Origin: Mesotaenium endlicherianum | Taxonomy: Eukaryota | Assembly: GCA_009602735.1 (NCBI GenBank) | Contig: WELA01001939.1 | Span: 636,579-700,578 of the forward strand | Length of the DNA: 64,000 nt | Direction of reading: 5' to 3' | Shown here: one piece after another, positions 25,901 to 37,743 of the stretch | Layout of the letters: the number at the start of each line of letters is the position of its first letter | Position numbering within the stretch: the stretch's first letter is position 1 | Made by a program: the position numbers and the translations under genes | Notes under the pieces: generated by a model | What the model was told of the DNA's origin: nothing | Databases searched by the model: none | What the model saw: the letters and a program-made list of their open reading frames with translations, nothing else

Positions 25901-26751
25901 AACAGCTGCTCAGCACAGCAAACCACCCTCAGACTGATGGGCAGACTGAAAGAACTAACCGAGTTCTGCAGGAGGTGCTGAGAGCATATATTAACCAAAA
26001 ACAAGATAATTGGGATGACCTGTTGCCTCAAATTCAGTTTGCGGTCAACAGTGCGGTGCACGCGTCAACGGGCAAAACTCCTTTTGAACTCAGCCTGGGT
26101 AGAGTCCCTAAGTCTCCTCTAGATGTGCTAGGGGAATCTTTAACTCACCCTGAAGGGATTGACAACCCGGTCTCCCTCCAGTTAACTCAGGAGTTTGCTG
26201 ACACCCTGTCAGAAGTCCAACGAAACTTGCACACGGCCCAAGAAAACCAACAAAAATACGCTAATCAACACCGTCGGGAACTGACATTTTCCAAGGGGGA
26301 TTTAGTCAAACTGCATTCTCAGCACCTGTACCTCCCTGGTGTGGTCAAGAAAAAGCTTGGCCCTGTCTGGGTCGGTCCATATTCGGTGGTCCGTCGTGTC
26401 GGTCAGAATGCTTACAAACTGAACATGTCAGCTGAATACAAGGGGCACCCGGTCTTTAATGTCTCCTTCCTGGAACCGTACATCAAAGGTGATACACTGT
26501 TCACAGGTCGGTTCCCTGTCCAACCGGGACCGGTCCCCGCTGTCCGGGACGGCGACCCTGAGGAATATGAGGTCGATGAGATTTTAGACGCTCGCTCGGT
26601 CCGTCGATCGTCTAAATATGTCATGAAATACCTCATTCGATGGAAGGGTTACGATGCCTCTGGGGACACTTGGGAGTTTAAGGACCACTTGACCAATGCC
26701 AAAGGGGCGTTGACACGGTTCCACCTTCGGGCCGCTGGAGTCCCTCCATAA
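22921..26751 (+). CDS. pol: Pol (protease, RT, RNase H, integrase, chromodomain); frame opens at 22921, first ATG 23035, -1 relative to gag
   Basis: [41 protein letters not shown]...CDQC, ISMDWV...SDRD...QTERTN, WVGPY, YEVDEIL...YLIRWKGY. Confidence 0.96.
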   Translation, partial: GREKRPAFKRQQQSVIQSTDCEDARDSESSLAALVAGIMGPAELDSLCMPDKQIKETISNIDVQRVHTLDALVPPDVQHFFATSGEQCESQEKTVPPILLHCMIAGRKVRAFVDGGASHTFIHKDLVKRLRLPTVTQGNRKIFLGDASSIPGGVITKPIEVQLGSGIAVLTETLTFEVLNTGFYDLVLGRSWLNRHQAEVCWSRGTVKVRGASDGQTDLAPTSALPLVLCGWQMKEKKRLPEGCKLLNAMEFVKSWNQKEDRMFCLLLREVPPQPEEVVEKKVSPPEHPTAAKIVAQYTDVFNMPPGLPPKREVDHRIDLLPGSQPPWQRTYGLSYLESEELKTQIAELEENGYISPSKSPYGAPILFVKKKDGSMRMCVDYRALNRITVKNKYALPRIEDLLDTLSGAKVFSKIDLKSGYHQIRIAEGDEHKTAFRTRYGHYEFNVMPFGLTNAPATFMGAMNDIFRPYLDKFVQVFLDDILIFSKDEAQHTEHLKKVLDTLRKNHLYAKMSKCDFFKESIEFLGHVVSKEGISVDPKKVQTIRDWPVPQSVSEVRSFLGLANYYRRFIENYSTKASKLTDLTKKDIGYVWGEEQQAAFQTLKDALCSAPVLAVYDPSKPVQVVTDASDFAMGAILLQPADKTTKDGKVRQEWHPVLYESMKFNPAEINYSVHDKELLAIIHVLKQWRAYLHGKAFKVITDHLALTHFQKKSKLSRRENRWSQMLEQFQVQIDYKPGKLNPADALSRRPDLQERNFSQHAVDKVLCALTSLKVKKSFLEQLRKAYLSDPTFEPSPTTGVCRATALGYKLKGGVWVTETTSGRLKLVIPNNLEIRSLLLSQAHDSLLGGHLGQAKTVGKLAKHYHWEGLPREVLKYVKSCDQCQRNKSRHTPPGGLLQPLPIPAGRWETISMDWVVSLPRTANGHDSILVVVDKLTKMVIFIPTTVKVTALETARQFYNHVVCQHGLPSNIISDRDSKFTSKFWRALMGLMGVKQLLSTANHPQTDGQTERTNRVLQEVLRAYINQKQDNWDDLLPQIQFAVNSAVHASTGKTPFELSLGRVPKSPLDVLGESLTHPEGIDNPVSLQLTQEFADTLSEVQRNLHTAQENQQKYANQHRRELTFSKGDLVKLHSQHLYLPGVVKKKLGPVWVGPYSVVRRVGQNAYKLNMSAEYKGHPVFNVSFLEPYIKGDTLFTGRFPVQPGPVPAVRDGDPEEYEVDEILDARSVRRSSKYVMKYLIRWKGYDASGDTWEFKDHLTNAKGALTRFHLRAAGVPP

Positions 26752-27018
26752 CTGTCATTTCAGTTGACACGGGAAGGTGACAGGCGGTCCTGTCTCCATT
26801 TAAGTTGGAGGGGAAAATATATGACAGTTAGTGAGCGAGAGCGATAAAAACACACTCATACGTTTATGTGTAGCGCATCGCAACTACGTCAACTTTTAGC
26901 AATCATCCTGTAAGGTAAACAGCAGCGAAGCCACTATACTAAATACTAACATACTTCCTGCAATCCCTATGACAAAGGTCCATATCCTACTAACTTGTGC
27001 CCTGGTTACATGTGCAGG

Positions 27019-28695
27019 ATGGCGCCCACCACACAAAAGGAGGACAGAAAGCGCAAGGCAGAAGAAGCCAGGAGGACAATGGAGCAATACCAGAAGGAGC
27101 TGGCGGCGACGTCCCTCACCAGGAGAGAACAAGAAAGGGTCCGCAAGCAACAAGAGGCGGCAGAAGAGGCACAGAGGAAGAAGGATCAGGAAGCGGAAAA
27201 CCTCAGGAAGGCTGAGGAGGAGAGACAGAAGAAACAGCAAGAAGAAGCGGCAGCGGCAGAAGAGGAGAAAAGAAAAAAGATTGAAGCGGACAGACAGAAG
27301 AGCTTGGCCACTTACAGGTATACTGTGGTGGGTGGCCAAAACTTCGATAACCTGAAGGAAGCATTGCTGGCAGCCCAGGAGATCAACAGGCTGGAACAGA
27401 CAACACTGCTACAGAAGGAAGGAGCTACAGCACTGGACAGGTACATCGAGACACACACCGGCGTGGTCCTTTACGAAGATTATGCTAAGATGGTGGGCTA
27501 TACAGCAGAGCAGGCCCGGTATCTCGCAGATGATTCAGAGGACAAGCCGGTCCCCATACCGGGAATAGTGGGAGATCAGAGACTCATCCGGATGGTGAGC
27601 ATGCGGCCCGATAGCTTTAAGGATACGGTATTCTACCTCACACTCCTGCCAGCTTACAATGAAGTTGAGAGAAGGAGCTGGGAGTACTTGGCCAGGGAAG
27701 CAGGACAGCAGATGTTCTCTCCCCACTGGTTCCCGTGTAAACTGAGGAAGGCTGAGCACGGACCCCAGTACTACCAGCAGCCAACAGACTGGAGGTGGAT
27801 GACCGTCACAAATAAGAAGCAGGAGTGTGACCGAGCCCAACCGGATGACTTCCACTATGGCCTAGACGGCTATCTCATCCTACCACCTCACATTGCCCCT
27901 TGGGACCCCAGGCTGAATGGATGCCTGAGCAATATGAATGCAGAGACCAAGGAACATAGGAGGAGGGGAAGAGAGTACTTCTCTAAGGGAAAGCATGCCT
28001 TTGTCAAATGGGCAAAGAATGCAGGCCGGATAGATATCAGTAGGCTGAAGGCCAAGCAACCTCCAGCGCGCCCTAAGAAAGGGAGGTCGGTAGACTACTC
28101 CATGTCTACTAGGGAGCAGGACGACTTAGTGGACGAGACCCCTACTCTCTCCGAAGAGGAGGATGAGGAGGATGAGGAAGGAGAACAAGGCAGAGGAGAA
28201 GCATCAGCAGCAGGTACTCAGGATACCCAGGGACAGGCAGTGGCACTTCCTAAAGAACCACGATCAGGTGTGTGGAATGTGATCCCCGTTATGGCGACAA
28301 CTGGACCCCGCGCTCGCTCCCCCAGCCCACCTGCCCAAGCAGGGGAAGAAGCTGATCTGACTGTACTGGGCAGCAGACACAGACAGAAATCCCCAGAGGA
28401 CAGGGGTGCCAGAAGAGGGACACGCGGGTGGGCCAGAGGTATGCCAGCCTCCCCCTCCGCTCAGGGGCATGTACCTCTAGCCAATGTATTTCAGCATCCT
28501 ACTGGAATGCCTGTCTATGTGGGAATCAACACCCAAGTGGTTGAAGAGCAGGCCACCATCCTCCGTTCTCCTCGAGGGCCAACTTTAGAGCAAACAGGGT
28601 TCTTTAGAAGGCCAGCTGACAGACCTAGAGGGCTGTCCAGATCTAGGTCCAGATCTCCGTCTCCTGATCCTGAAGCCCCAGGAACAACCCCTTAA
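27019..28695 (+). CDS. Extra sense ORF3 of the family-A element, ~558 aa, unknown function
   Basis: Uninterrupted frame between pol and the 3' LTR; E/K/R/Q-rich coiled-coil-like N-terminus, aromatic-rich middle, acidic tract and RSRSRSPSP tail. The start could also be ATG 27010. Confidence 0.75.
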   Translation: MAPTTQKEDRKRKAEEARRTMEQYQKELAATSLTRREQERVRKQQEAAEEAQRKKDQEAENLRKAEEERQKKQQEEAAAAEEEKRKKIEADRQKSLATYRYTVVGGQNFDNLKEALLAAQEINRLEQTTLLQKEGATALDRYIETHTGVVLYEDYAKMVGYTAEQARYLADDSEDKPVPIPGIVGDQRLIRMVSMRPDSFKDTVFYLTLLPAYNEVERRSWEYLAREAGQQMFSPHWFPCKLRKAEHGPQYYQQPTDWRWMTVTNKKQECDRAQPDDFHYGLDGYLILPPHIAPWDPRLNGCLSNMNAETKEHRRRGREYFSKGKHAFVKWAKNAGRIDISRLKAKQPPARPKKGRSVDYSMSTREQDDLVDETPTLSEEEDEEDEEGEQGRGEASAAGTQDTQGQAVALPKEPRSGVWNVIPVMATTGPRARSPSPPAQAGEEADLTVLGSRHRQKSPEDRGARRGTRGWARGMPASPSAQGHVPLANVFQHPTGMPVYVGINTQVVEEQATILRSPRGPTLEQTGFFRRPADRPRGLSRSRSRSPSPDPEAPGTTP

Positions 28696-28808
28696 GGTGA
28701 CACGCTGAAGAGGCAGTCAGTAAGGGAGGCTGGTCAGGTTCAGTTCCCTTATTTAAAATTTCTGCAGTTTAATGTTGTCGAGGCGACAACAAGTTAAGTT
28801 GGAGGGAT

Positions 28809-29528
28809 TGTAATGAATCAGTATATTAGTGGATATAATATTCATTTAAATATAATAGTTAATTAAGTTCAGCCTGCTGAACTTTAGTTAATAATCAGTC
28901 TGCTGGACTTTACATAATTATCAATTTAATGACTCGGCCGAAAGCAGCAGGCTGAAGTCAACTTAAGTCAGCTTGCTGACACATTCTTTGACAGCCAGCT
29001 GACTTCCGTGCTCGGTAGCAGCGAACTGCCTTGATATGCATCTAAGTGCGATATGCTAGATGAATGGCCAGATGACATCCCTATGATGGATGGCTATTCG
29101 GGATGATGGGAGATGGCGGTGGATTTGGTTAACCGAGGTCCTACCAACGTGGTTAACTCCCGGGTAGGCGGTGCCATCGCACTGACCGTTGAACAGTAAA
29201 CTCATTCCATGTACATATGCTAGGCATTGCTCTCGAGTTCGGCATTTGGAAACGAGGCCAACTCTCTTGTACAGCTTACTGAGAGAGATCTGAATCCAAG
29301 GCGAGAAGCCATTGATACGCACTGTCTTCTAACCTTGCTTATGTATGAGTTTACTGATTTGCATTATTGATGCTAGTTTACTCTCATTTGACTGACGAGT
29401 ATTATTCACTGCTAGTACGTTGTCCTTTGCCGTTTAAACAGTTAACGGAAAGTACCATAAAGATTACTTGCTGATATAAAGATCTTTATTAATCGTTAAT
29501 CGCCTATTTGGTAAGTCGATTCGTTTCA
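28809..29528 (+). repeat. 3' LTR of the intact family-A element
   Basis: Preceded by PPT AAGTTGGAGGGAT; followed by TSD CTCAA. Confidence 0.95.
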
Positions 29529-30425
29529 CTCAAGTTATCTTTTTGTTCATATTGCTACATTGGTATCGAAGCGCAAACGTACGCAATCGTGTACAGGAGA
29601 CGAGGGTCCAAATCCTGCGGGGTGCGAAACTCGTTGACGGTACAACCGTATGGCAATCTTTGGATTGCACAAAGAAAAGACACTATCTCGGAACAACGTT
29701 CCTCGCGCCGCCGCGGCCTAAGTTCTTGGGACGTGCACACTTGTAGGTGGGAGGAATGTAACGATCCGCCGCGTGGCCGGATGCTGCGCGTGCGACATGT
29801 CGCCAGAAGGCGACGGAAGTGTCGGTTTGAATTGTATAAGTACAATTGGCGCGCAATTAAAGTAATTTGTTCAAACCGCTGCAGTTGGCTTTAGCCGCTG
29901 CTCGAGATTGACAGAAGAAGTTTCCTGATACGCACACGAAAGAGCTTAGCCTTTAAATCACCAATAAAGTATTTTTGCAGATTAGAAACTTACAACTCAA
30001 GCATCTAGGAAATTGCAAGCTTCTGCCTTGCTAGGTAGGCCCTTTTATCGTCAGTGCAAAGGTTGGACCAAATGCCAATCGACTGGGTTTGCCTAAGTCC
30101 ATGGGGCAAACGCATCCTGTGTTCCCTGTTAGTTTATTGAAATTGTTTCGATCTGACCGCCGCTATCAGACACGAGTACCAAAATTGGATCTCAAACAAG
30201 ATGACATAGCCTTGGAAGTAGAGGAGGTCATTGGACATTGCTACACCCGTCATAAGCCTCCACGCGTGGAACTTTTGATCAAATGGCTCGACTATGATTC
30301 CAGCTGGAATTCGTAAGAACCCCAAGACGAAATCCTACATAATTGTAGTGACGTCGTTCAACAGTATTGGTTACGATGGGCTAAAGCTCAATATCTCTTT
30401 GCCCAAGATAGTGTGTTAGTAGGCA

Positions 30426-31345
30426 TGTTACGTTTCTGCTTTTCGAGAGGATCTTTCCTCGGTATTCAAGGAATATTTAATTCAAGTGGAAGGAAAATCT
30501 GTATAATTGTGCAAATCGATGAATACTCGAAAGAGCGAAAATGTAAACTAACGTAGAATGTGTGCTCGTGAGAGTTGCACTCACAATGACTCTTGCAAGT
30601 ATATATACTTGCAAATCTTGAGGCACTGGAGTGCTTCGAGTCACCACCTAGGGCACAGGTTCATGTTCAACGAAAACGGTCGAAAGGTTACAAAACCGTT
30701 CGGCCGAATGCCCCAAACGAGCCGTTTGGACGTTTGGAGACTTTTCGACGGTTTTCCGAAATAACCGTTTCACGCCAAACGGGCGTATTCGCGTTCACGC
30801 GACTTTTGAAAAGCCGCGATGGTTCGCGGAGTCGCGTACACTTACTTTCGCCATGACCTGTAGTTACGAATAACTACTTCGCCAATTGGTTAGGTGTGAA
30901 CGTTTCAAACGACGAGCGCGGGTTCGAATCCGCTCGGATGGAAAGTCGCTTTGCATATTAATTGTTGTTTGAATTTTACGACGCTTTCTCCGTATTAACG
31001 ACTGGTCGTAAATGCGAAGTTTGTGACTGTGCATTATCCGAAATAATGACAATCAAATCAACTTAATCAATCCGTGATTTATTAAGTTATCATCTCATAA
31101 TTAATCAAAGTAACTTCATGAATAATTATGTCGTACTTTTGCGAAGTAGTCGAGTTACGTTACGACGCTTTTGCAATAGTATCTTGGTCGTTTCGCCAAT
31201 CGACCAGGAATTAATCGACACACACCTGTGACGAATAATTGAATGTGATGCAATCATATATCAAATAATACGATAAATAGTATAACGTACTTTAGGTAAT
31301 TGGGAAAACGTCCCAAATACGCCTAAAATAGCTCGGATCGTTACA
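30426..31345 (-). mobile_element. Family-C solo LTR with TSD AGGCA
   Basis: Reverse complement of 14769-15648; AGGCA at 30421-30425 and 31346-31350. Confidence 0.92.
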
Positions 31346-34202
31346 AGGCAAGCTTCGTAACACAATGAACAAACGCAAAAAAGCTGCGGCCAAATACTCG
31401 ATCTTTTTCGACCCTGTTCCAATGCAACCGTCCGTTGGCCCGAACTTGTGTTTCACGCTCGCTATGGCAAGTATTAACCAAGAATACTTAAACAATATAT
31501 GCTTAACAAGGACGTTAAGTTCTTTTGAGGGAGGAGTGTAACAATTTGAGCTTTTTAGGCGCATTTAGAATGTTTCTCTAATTGTCTAACATACGTTATA
31601 CTTTTTTATTCTAGAAGATTGTAAATCTGTTGAATTATTTTCCACACACGTGTGTCAACTAATTTCGAGTCGAGTAGCGAAACGACCACACTACTATTGC
31701 AAAAAGAATCGTAAAGTAACTCGATTACCTCGCAAAAATTAAACGTAATTAATCATACAATTAGCTTGATAATTATGGCCGAATAACGTTATTAATAACA
31801 AATTAATTGGTATTTTGACTGTCATTATCTCGGTTAATGAACTGTCATTGTTTTCGGTCAACAACGCTTGATAACCCGAAAGAAAACACCAATTGTGGCC
31901 TAAGGGAGCCACCGGCCGGAATCGAGCCCGCAACCTTCCGGTCGACGTGTCGCAATTCCGAGAATAGTCGTAAAAGTCAAAAGACACAAAGCATGCAATG
32001 TCGCTTTGCCTCCATGAGGATTTGATCCCTCGACCCTTCGTTTGATTTGTCACACCTAACCAGATGGCGAAGTAGTTATTATAAACTACTGGTTTATGTC
32101 AAATTTATCTGTACGCGACCTCGCGAGCAGTCGCGACTTTTCCAAAATTCGCGTGAACGCGAAAACGCCCGTTAATCGATAAATCGAAACCGTTGTGAAA
32201 TCTCCAAACAGCCAAACGGCGTGTTTTGAGTATTCGGCCAAACAAATTATACCCTTTTTGATCGCTTTTGTTGAACATGAACCATTGCCCTAGGTGGTGA
32301 CTCGAAGCACTCTAGTGCCTCATGTTGTGCAAGTATGTATACTTGCAAGAGTCATTGTGAGTGCAACTCTCACAAGCACACTTATTAAATCTTGCTTATT
32401 CAAGGCATATATATTTCATTTAAATATAAAATCAGAGTTAGGTGCAAGCGTGTAAAATCAAGGAGCAATAAATCTTTGCCCTTAGAATGAATTCCGTTTA
32501 TTCATCTATACCTCTTGACTCACTGACCATAGTGTGCCATAGTTGCAAACTAACTCAAGGCACAAGAAAGAGGTGAACTTGAGAACTAGAGCTTCTCCTT
32601 TAGAAACTCATGGCCTCTTGCCCACCAAGCATACAAGCATGTATAAGCACATACACAACATCAGAGGATTGAATAGCAAAGGCGCTCTCATTCAGATGAC
32701 CATTATATAGCTAGAACACATCCCACTGACTTAGGTGCAAAACCATAGAATTTGTCCGCTATGTGACCCCGAAATGTCAGAAGGCATAACTTTGTCAAAT
32801 ACTTCTTCAAATTGAGCAAACTTCACGGCAACGGACGCGTCTTGACGAGACCTTTCCAAAAGGTTCTAGTTTGTTTCATTTGGAGCACAGACAAAGAAGC
32901 CATGTCAATTTCCGTGCAAGTTGGTCATAATAACTAACCCAAAAGTGCACACATGACTTGCCTGTAGAAATCCGACTCTGTCCAGAATGAGGGACCACGA
33001 AATCCCAGCCTGCTATGTACCTAGTGACCACCAGGTTGACCACGGCACAAGGTGCGTCGTTTCGTGGAAAACCCGTTAAGTCGGGAGCCAGGTGTAACGA
33101 CCATATTAATTGGTCGGTTGACTGAGGTCCTGATTGCTCAATTGACTGACGACGGCTCCGCCTACCCAGGAGTTAACCACACTGGTAGGACATCGATTTA
33201 TCAAATCTCAGTCGACCTCCCGACTTCCAGTATACTACGGTCACATGTGCCAATCTACAAAGAACTATCTATATGAATATATCTATCCTCAGCGTACTAA
33301 GTCCAAGTATACAAACTGTTATTGTACAAGCTTATTATATATCAACCTATTCATATTATGTTTTATATATGTACAAATAATCTCAGCAAATTATACTCTG
33401 ATACAAAATGTCATCTTGCTGACCTTCTGACAAAGTCAACAAACTACATTATATTATAAAAGTCATCCTGCTGACCTTCTTGACAAAGTAAGTAAACTCG
33501 CATTATATCAATACGTATTCATTTCGATGAACTCGCACATGTGAGTTTATCAACATATTACTTATTTAATGATATATGTGTATGTGCAATAATTAAATAA
33601 ATAATGAACTGAGTAATTGCAATCTCCGCAACTTAAATTGTTGTCGCCTCGACAACACTTAGCATATGATACATTTATTTAATACTACACTTCAGTCCAC
33701 CAAGTGAAGCCAAGCAAGCAAACAACCATGCGTGTGATATATTCGCCTACCAAATGCAAGTAAAACTAATCACGACAGATTGCCTTGTAAGCAACCATCT
33801 GACTTCACAATCAATAACAAAAGACATGCATAGACATACCCATATTCACAATAGTCCTTCCAGTTAAAAGACACAATAGAGCACCTCACACCATGCAAAC
33901 CACACCCAAATCAAACAGCCTTCTTCCGAGGTCAAACAATAAAAGAATATTATTAAAGCTCTGCCTACTATACTAAGCCTTTTCTCCTTCCGCTGGTCTT
34001 CAACTCCTGCCTTGCTCACACTTTGAAAGCTCCCCCCACAAGCCATTTCTTGTGACTTAAGTTCCTGCTCAAAATTTGAACATACTGAAGGAAAAGGGAG
34101 ACCAACTGGTTTGATGGCATTGAAGGCCCTTACAAGGTTAGTAGCATCAGGTTGATGAAGCACAAGAAAATTTACAATTTTAAGCATATTTTCAGAACAC
34201 AT

Positions 34203-34921
34203 TGTAATGAATCAGTATATTAGTAGATGTAATATTCATATAAATATAATAGTAAATTAAATTCAGCCTGCTGAACTCTAGTTAATAATCAGTCTGCTGG
34301 ACTTCATATTTAATATCAGTTTAATGACTCAGCCGAAAGCAGTAGGCTGAAGTCAACTTAAGTCAGCTTGCTGACACATTCTTTGACAGCCAGCTGACTT
34401 CCGTACTCGGTAGCAGCGAACTCCCTCGATATGCATCTAAGTGTGGTATGCTAGATGAATGGCCAAATGATATCCCTATGATGGATGGCGATTCGGGATG
34501 ATGGGAGATGGCGGTGAATTTGGTTAACCGAGGTCCTAACAACGTGGTTAACTCCCGGGTAAGCTGTGCCATCGCATTGGCCGTTGAACAGTAAACTCAT
34601 TCCATGTACACATGCTAGGATTGCTCTCGAGTTCGGCATTCGGAAACGAGGCCAACTCTCCTGTACAGCTTACTGAGAGAGATCTGAATCCAAGGCGAGA
34701 AGCCATTGATACGCACTGTCTTCTAACCTTGCTTATGTATGAGTTTACTGATTGCATTATTGATGCTAGTGTACTCGCATTTGACTTACGAGTATTGTTC
34801 ACTACTAGTGAGTTGTCCTTTGCCGTTTAACCAGTTAAGGGAAAATACCATAAAGATTACTTGCTGATATAAAGATCTTTATTAATTGTTAATCGCCTAT
34901 TTGGTAAGTCGATTCATTTCA
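34203..34921 (+). mobile_element. Family-A solo LTR with TSD CACAT
   Basis: Full LTR termini; CACAT on both sides. Confidence 0.93.
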
Positions 34922-36316
34922 CACATTAAGTCCAAAGAAACATATGGTTGTAAGCAATATTTTGGTCACCTCAAGCAGTTCCCTGATGTGCCATGTATCA
35001 TTTCTATCCAATCCCAACTCCTGGCAATGTACATACGCAGTTAGTACGTACACTTGCTCCAGCAGTGTACTGCAACCCAGAGTTTACATGAGTCAGTCAC
35101 TGATGCTCCTGATATTGATGCAGTACACACATAGGATGTGGCAGTGTATGACTCAGTTAGTACATACACTTGCTGTTGAGTATGCAAGTAAGCACAACTT
35201 ATTGAATACTCGTAATACACATCCCATCTCCCTCTCCCCAACTTTAATAATTGTCGACTCAACAGCTCTAACCACATAGACACACCAAGAAGTGCCTATA
35301 ATTCCTCATCAGAAGAACACACACACAAGGATATTCACAAAGGATTGCGGAGGCACGATTGGGTGGGGAAGAATCAAACAAATGAAAAGCAAGAGAGGAC
35401 ACAAAGTGCGAACATCTAAGTAAGCAAGAAAGAAAGTTCCCCCTCCCAAAAAAAAAAATAGTCCATTTTTCAGGATTATAGCAATGCCCCGAGTGGCATA
35501 GTGAAGAGTATACTGCCATTCATACCATTTCACAATAAAGCTCTATCCCCGAATATCCCAAACGCAAACGAACATATCACACCCCTCCATTCGAGAGTGT
35601 AGATAGCTTGCTATGAGATAAAAACAATCGGCTCCATAAGCAGGTTTCATCCAAATACCAGAGAGTAGCTCAATTAGCTGACTCTCCCAACGCATACATA
35701 CGATGACTCATACTAGTCATTTCTAGCAAGATATACACCAAAATGACAAACACCCAATAGTGAGAGTCAACAATCCAAGTGAAAAGGGAACATAAACAAC
35801 CAGCCGTATCATAATTTTGATGTTTCAAGATACTCCTTCCTTCAACCTTCACAGCCTGAAGTTGCCTAGAGGACAGATGGGGAAGCGTCACGTGGCAACG
35901 TCCAGCATGCCAACTCCTCGGCCTCTCTCGACCTGTGTGTCACCATTGCTTCACACTCTGCTTGCTGGTCTCAGTCTGTTGAACAGACAACAAACAAGTG
36001 TGTGAGTTGCCTTCAATGAGCTAAGCTACGCATGGTAAACACCACACTCTAGTTGCATCAATCTACTCAAAATTGGATGACTCCATTACAAAATTCTCGG
36101 GAGGGCAAGGCAAACATAGAGATCACATAGACTCAATCAATGACAATGGGCAAACTCAGTATAGCTCAAAATAAAGTTTCTCTTGAGGAGCACATACATG
36201 GCACCTTTATCATTGCAGCAAGCACTTTGCAAGCCAATTACGACAGCGTGCAGAAATCACTAGTAAGACTTTTGCACTGTAACCCCAAGCTAGTAAGAAA
36301 AATGTTTGTGCATCAG

Positions 36317-37743
36317 TGAAATGAATCGACTTACCAAATAAGCGATTAACAATTAATGAAGATCTTTATATCAGCAAGTAATCTTTATGGTTTTTCTTGT
36401 TGATTGATTAAACAACAAAGACAACATACTAACAGTGAACAATACTTGCAAGTCCAATGGAAATGAACTAGCATCAATAATGCAATCAATAAACTCATAC
36501 ATAAGCAAGGCTAGAAGATAGTGCATATCAATGGCTTCTCGCCTTGGAATCAGATCTCTCTCCATACGCTGTACAAGAGAGTTGGCCTTATTTCCGAATG
36601 CCAAACTCGAGAGCAATACCTAGCATATGTACTTGGAATGATTTTACTGTTCAACGGCCAGTGCGATGGCACCGCCTACCCGGGAGTTAACCACGTTGGT
36701 AGAACAACCAAATCCACCGCCATCTCCCATCATCCCGAATCGCCATCCATCCTAAGAATGTCATCTAGCCATTCATCTAGCACACCACACTTAGATGCAT
36801 ATTTAGGCTGTTCACTGCTACCGAGTACGGAAGTCAACTGGCTGTCAAAGAATTTGTCAACAAGCTGATGAAAGAGGGAAGGGTGCGGGGAGTGCGCCCA
36901 TACACACTCACGCACCCTCACCCGCGAGTGGAAGCGTGCACGAGAACCTTTCCTAGTTGCATACACAAGGTGGAGTGGCCTGGTGGTATGCCACCCTTGC
37001 AAGAGTTAGAGGGCTACATGAGAGAGGAGTGGAAAAGAACTCACTTTATTAAGAAAAGTCGTGTACAAGATACGAAGGTTAGACTTGAATAAGCCCCCTC
37101 TACCTCTTTTTGCTTCCCATTTATGCTTTAACTCCAAGTGTCCTCTCTAGCAAAGTACCTCCAGAACCTTCTCCTATGGCTCCTTCCATGTAGGTGACCT
37201 TGCCTAGTTGGACAAGCTAGCACACTCACACGCACACAATCACGCTCTAGAATATTCTACTACACAATCCACTAACTCCTCACGGAGCTTCTAGAAATTC
37301 CACAATCACTTTCGCACTCTACGTAATTGTACGTAGTTTCTGGAACCCTCATGTTTCAATGTCCAACTTCCTGGACTCCAACCGAAGTTTTCGTCACCGG
37401 ACCTGTCCTTGTCACTAAATAGAATCTGTGACATTAAAAACTCACCAAAACTTCCAAAATTCATAACTTTCTCAATACTTGTACAAATGACTTGAAATGA
37501 AGGCCAAAGTTCTTCTAAAATCACACTCTATGCATATAAAATACTAGAAAGATACAAACTACACTTTGATAACCTTACAACTGACCTAAGTTGACTTCAG
37601 CCTGCTGCTCTTGGCTGAGTCATTAGACTGATTATCCTATAAAGTCCAGCAAACTCAATATGAACTAAAGTTCAGCAGGTTGAACTTGTTTAACTATTTT
37701 ACTTAAATGAATATTATATCTACCAATATACTGATTCATTACA
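36317..37743 (-). mobile_element. Family-A solo LTR with TSD ATCAG, split by a nested LTR
   Basis: TGAAATGAATCGAC...GATTCATTACA; ATCAG at 36312-36316 and 37744-37748. Confidence 0.9.
36869..37579 (-). mobile_element. Solo LTR, divergent family-E-like
   Basis: TGAAAGAG...CCTTACA termini like 17912-19394; near-TSD GCTGA/ACTGA; the host LTR resumes after it. Confidence 0.78.

Larger units (their letters stand above)
20737..29528 (+). mobile_element. Intact family-A Ty3/Gypsy chromovirus, 8792 bp, TSD CTCAA, three ORFs
   Basis: LTRs 20737-21453 and 28809-29528 (TG...CA); CTCAA on both flanks; PBS and PPT present; gag and pol frames uninterrupted. Confidence 0.97.
20623..29883 (+). mobile_element. 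TRIM of ~465 bp once the nested element is removed: 5' LTR 20623-20736 + 29534-29559, PBS 29561, 3' LTR 29757-29883
   Basis: Two ~130-140 bp repeats starting TGTAACGAT.CGCCGCGTGG and ending in CA; TGGTATCGAAGC PBS; AGGTGGGAGGAA PPT; ~200 bp non-coding interior; near-TSD TTTGG/GTTGG. Confidence 0.88.
19976..32381 (+). mobile_element. Second family-C element, 3' part (decayed integrase and chromodomain, PPT, 3' LTR from 31537); hosts the TRIM, the intact family-A element and a solo LTR
   Basis: Integrase remnants 19976-20622 continue at 29889-30420 and parallel 14020-14560; PPT GAGGGAGGAG then TGTAAC at 31537; LTR truncated at ~32381. Confidence 0.8.

Noticed and set aside
27019..28695. ORF3 as a true envelope glycoprotein
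   Set aside because: No signal peptide or transmembrane segment visible; kept as unknown function.
29056..29322. Recurrent 88-aa antisense ORF in family-A LTRs
   Set aside because: Non-ATG start, broken in other copies, and recurrence is explained by LTR identity.
30870..30945. Functional tRNA gene
   Set aside because: I could not build a convincing acceptor stem or anticodon arm; it is part of an LTR and is reported only as tRNA-like.
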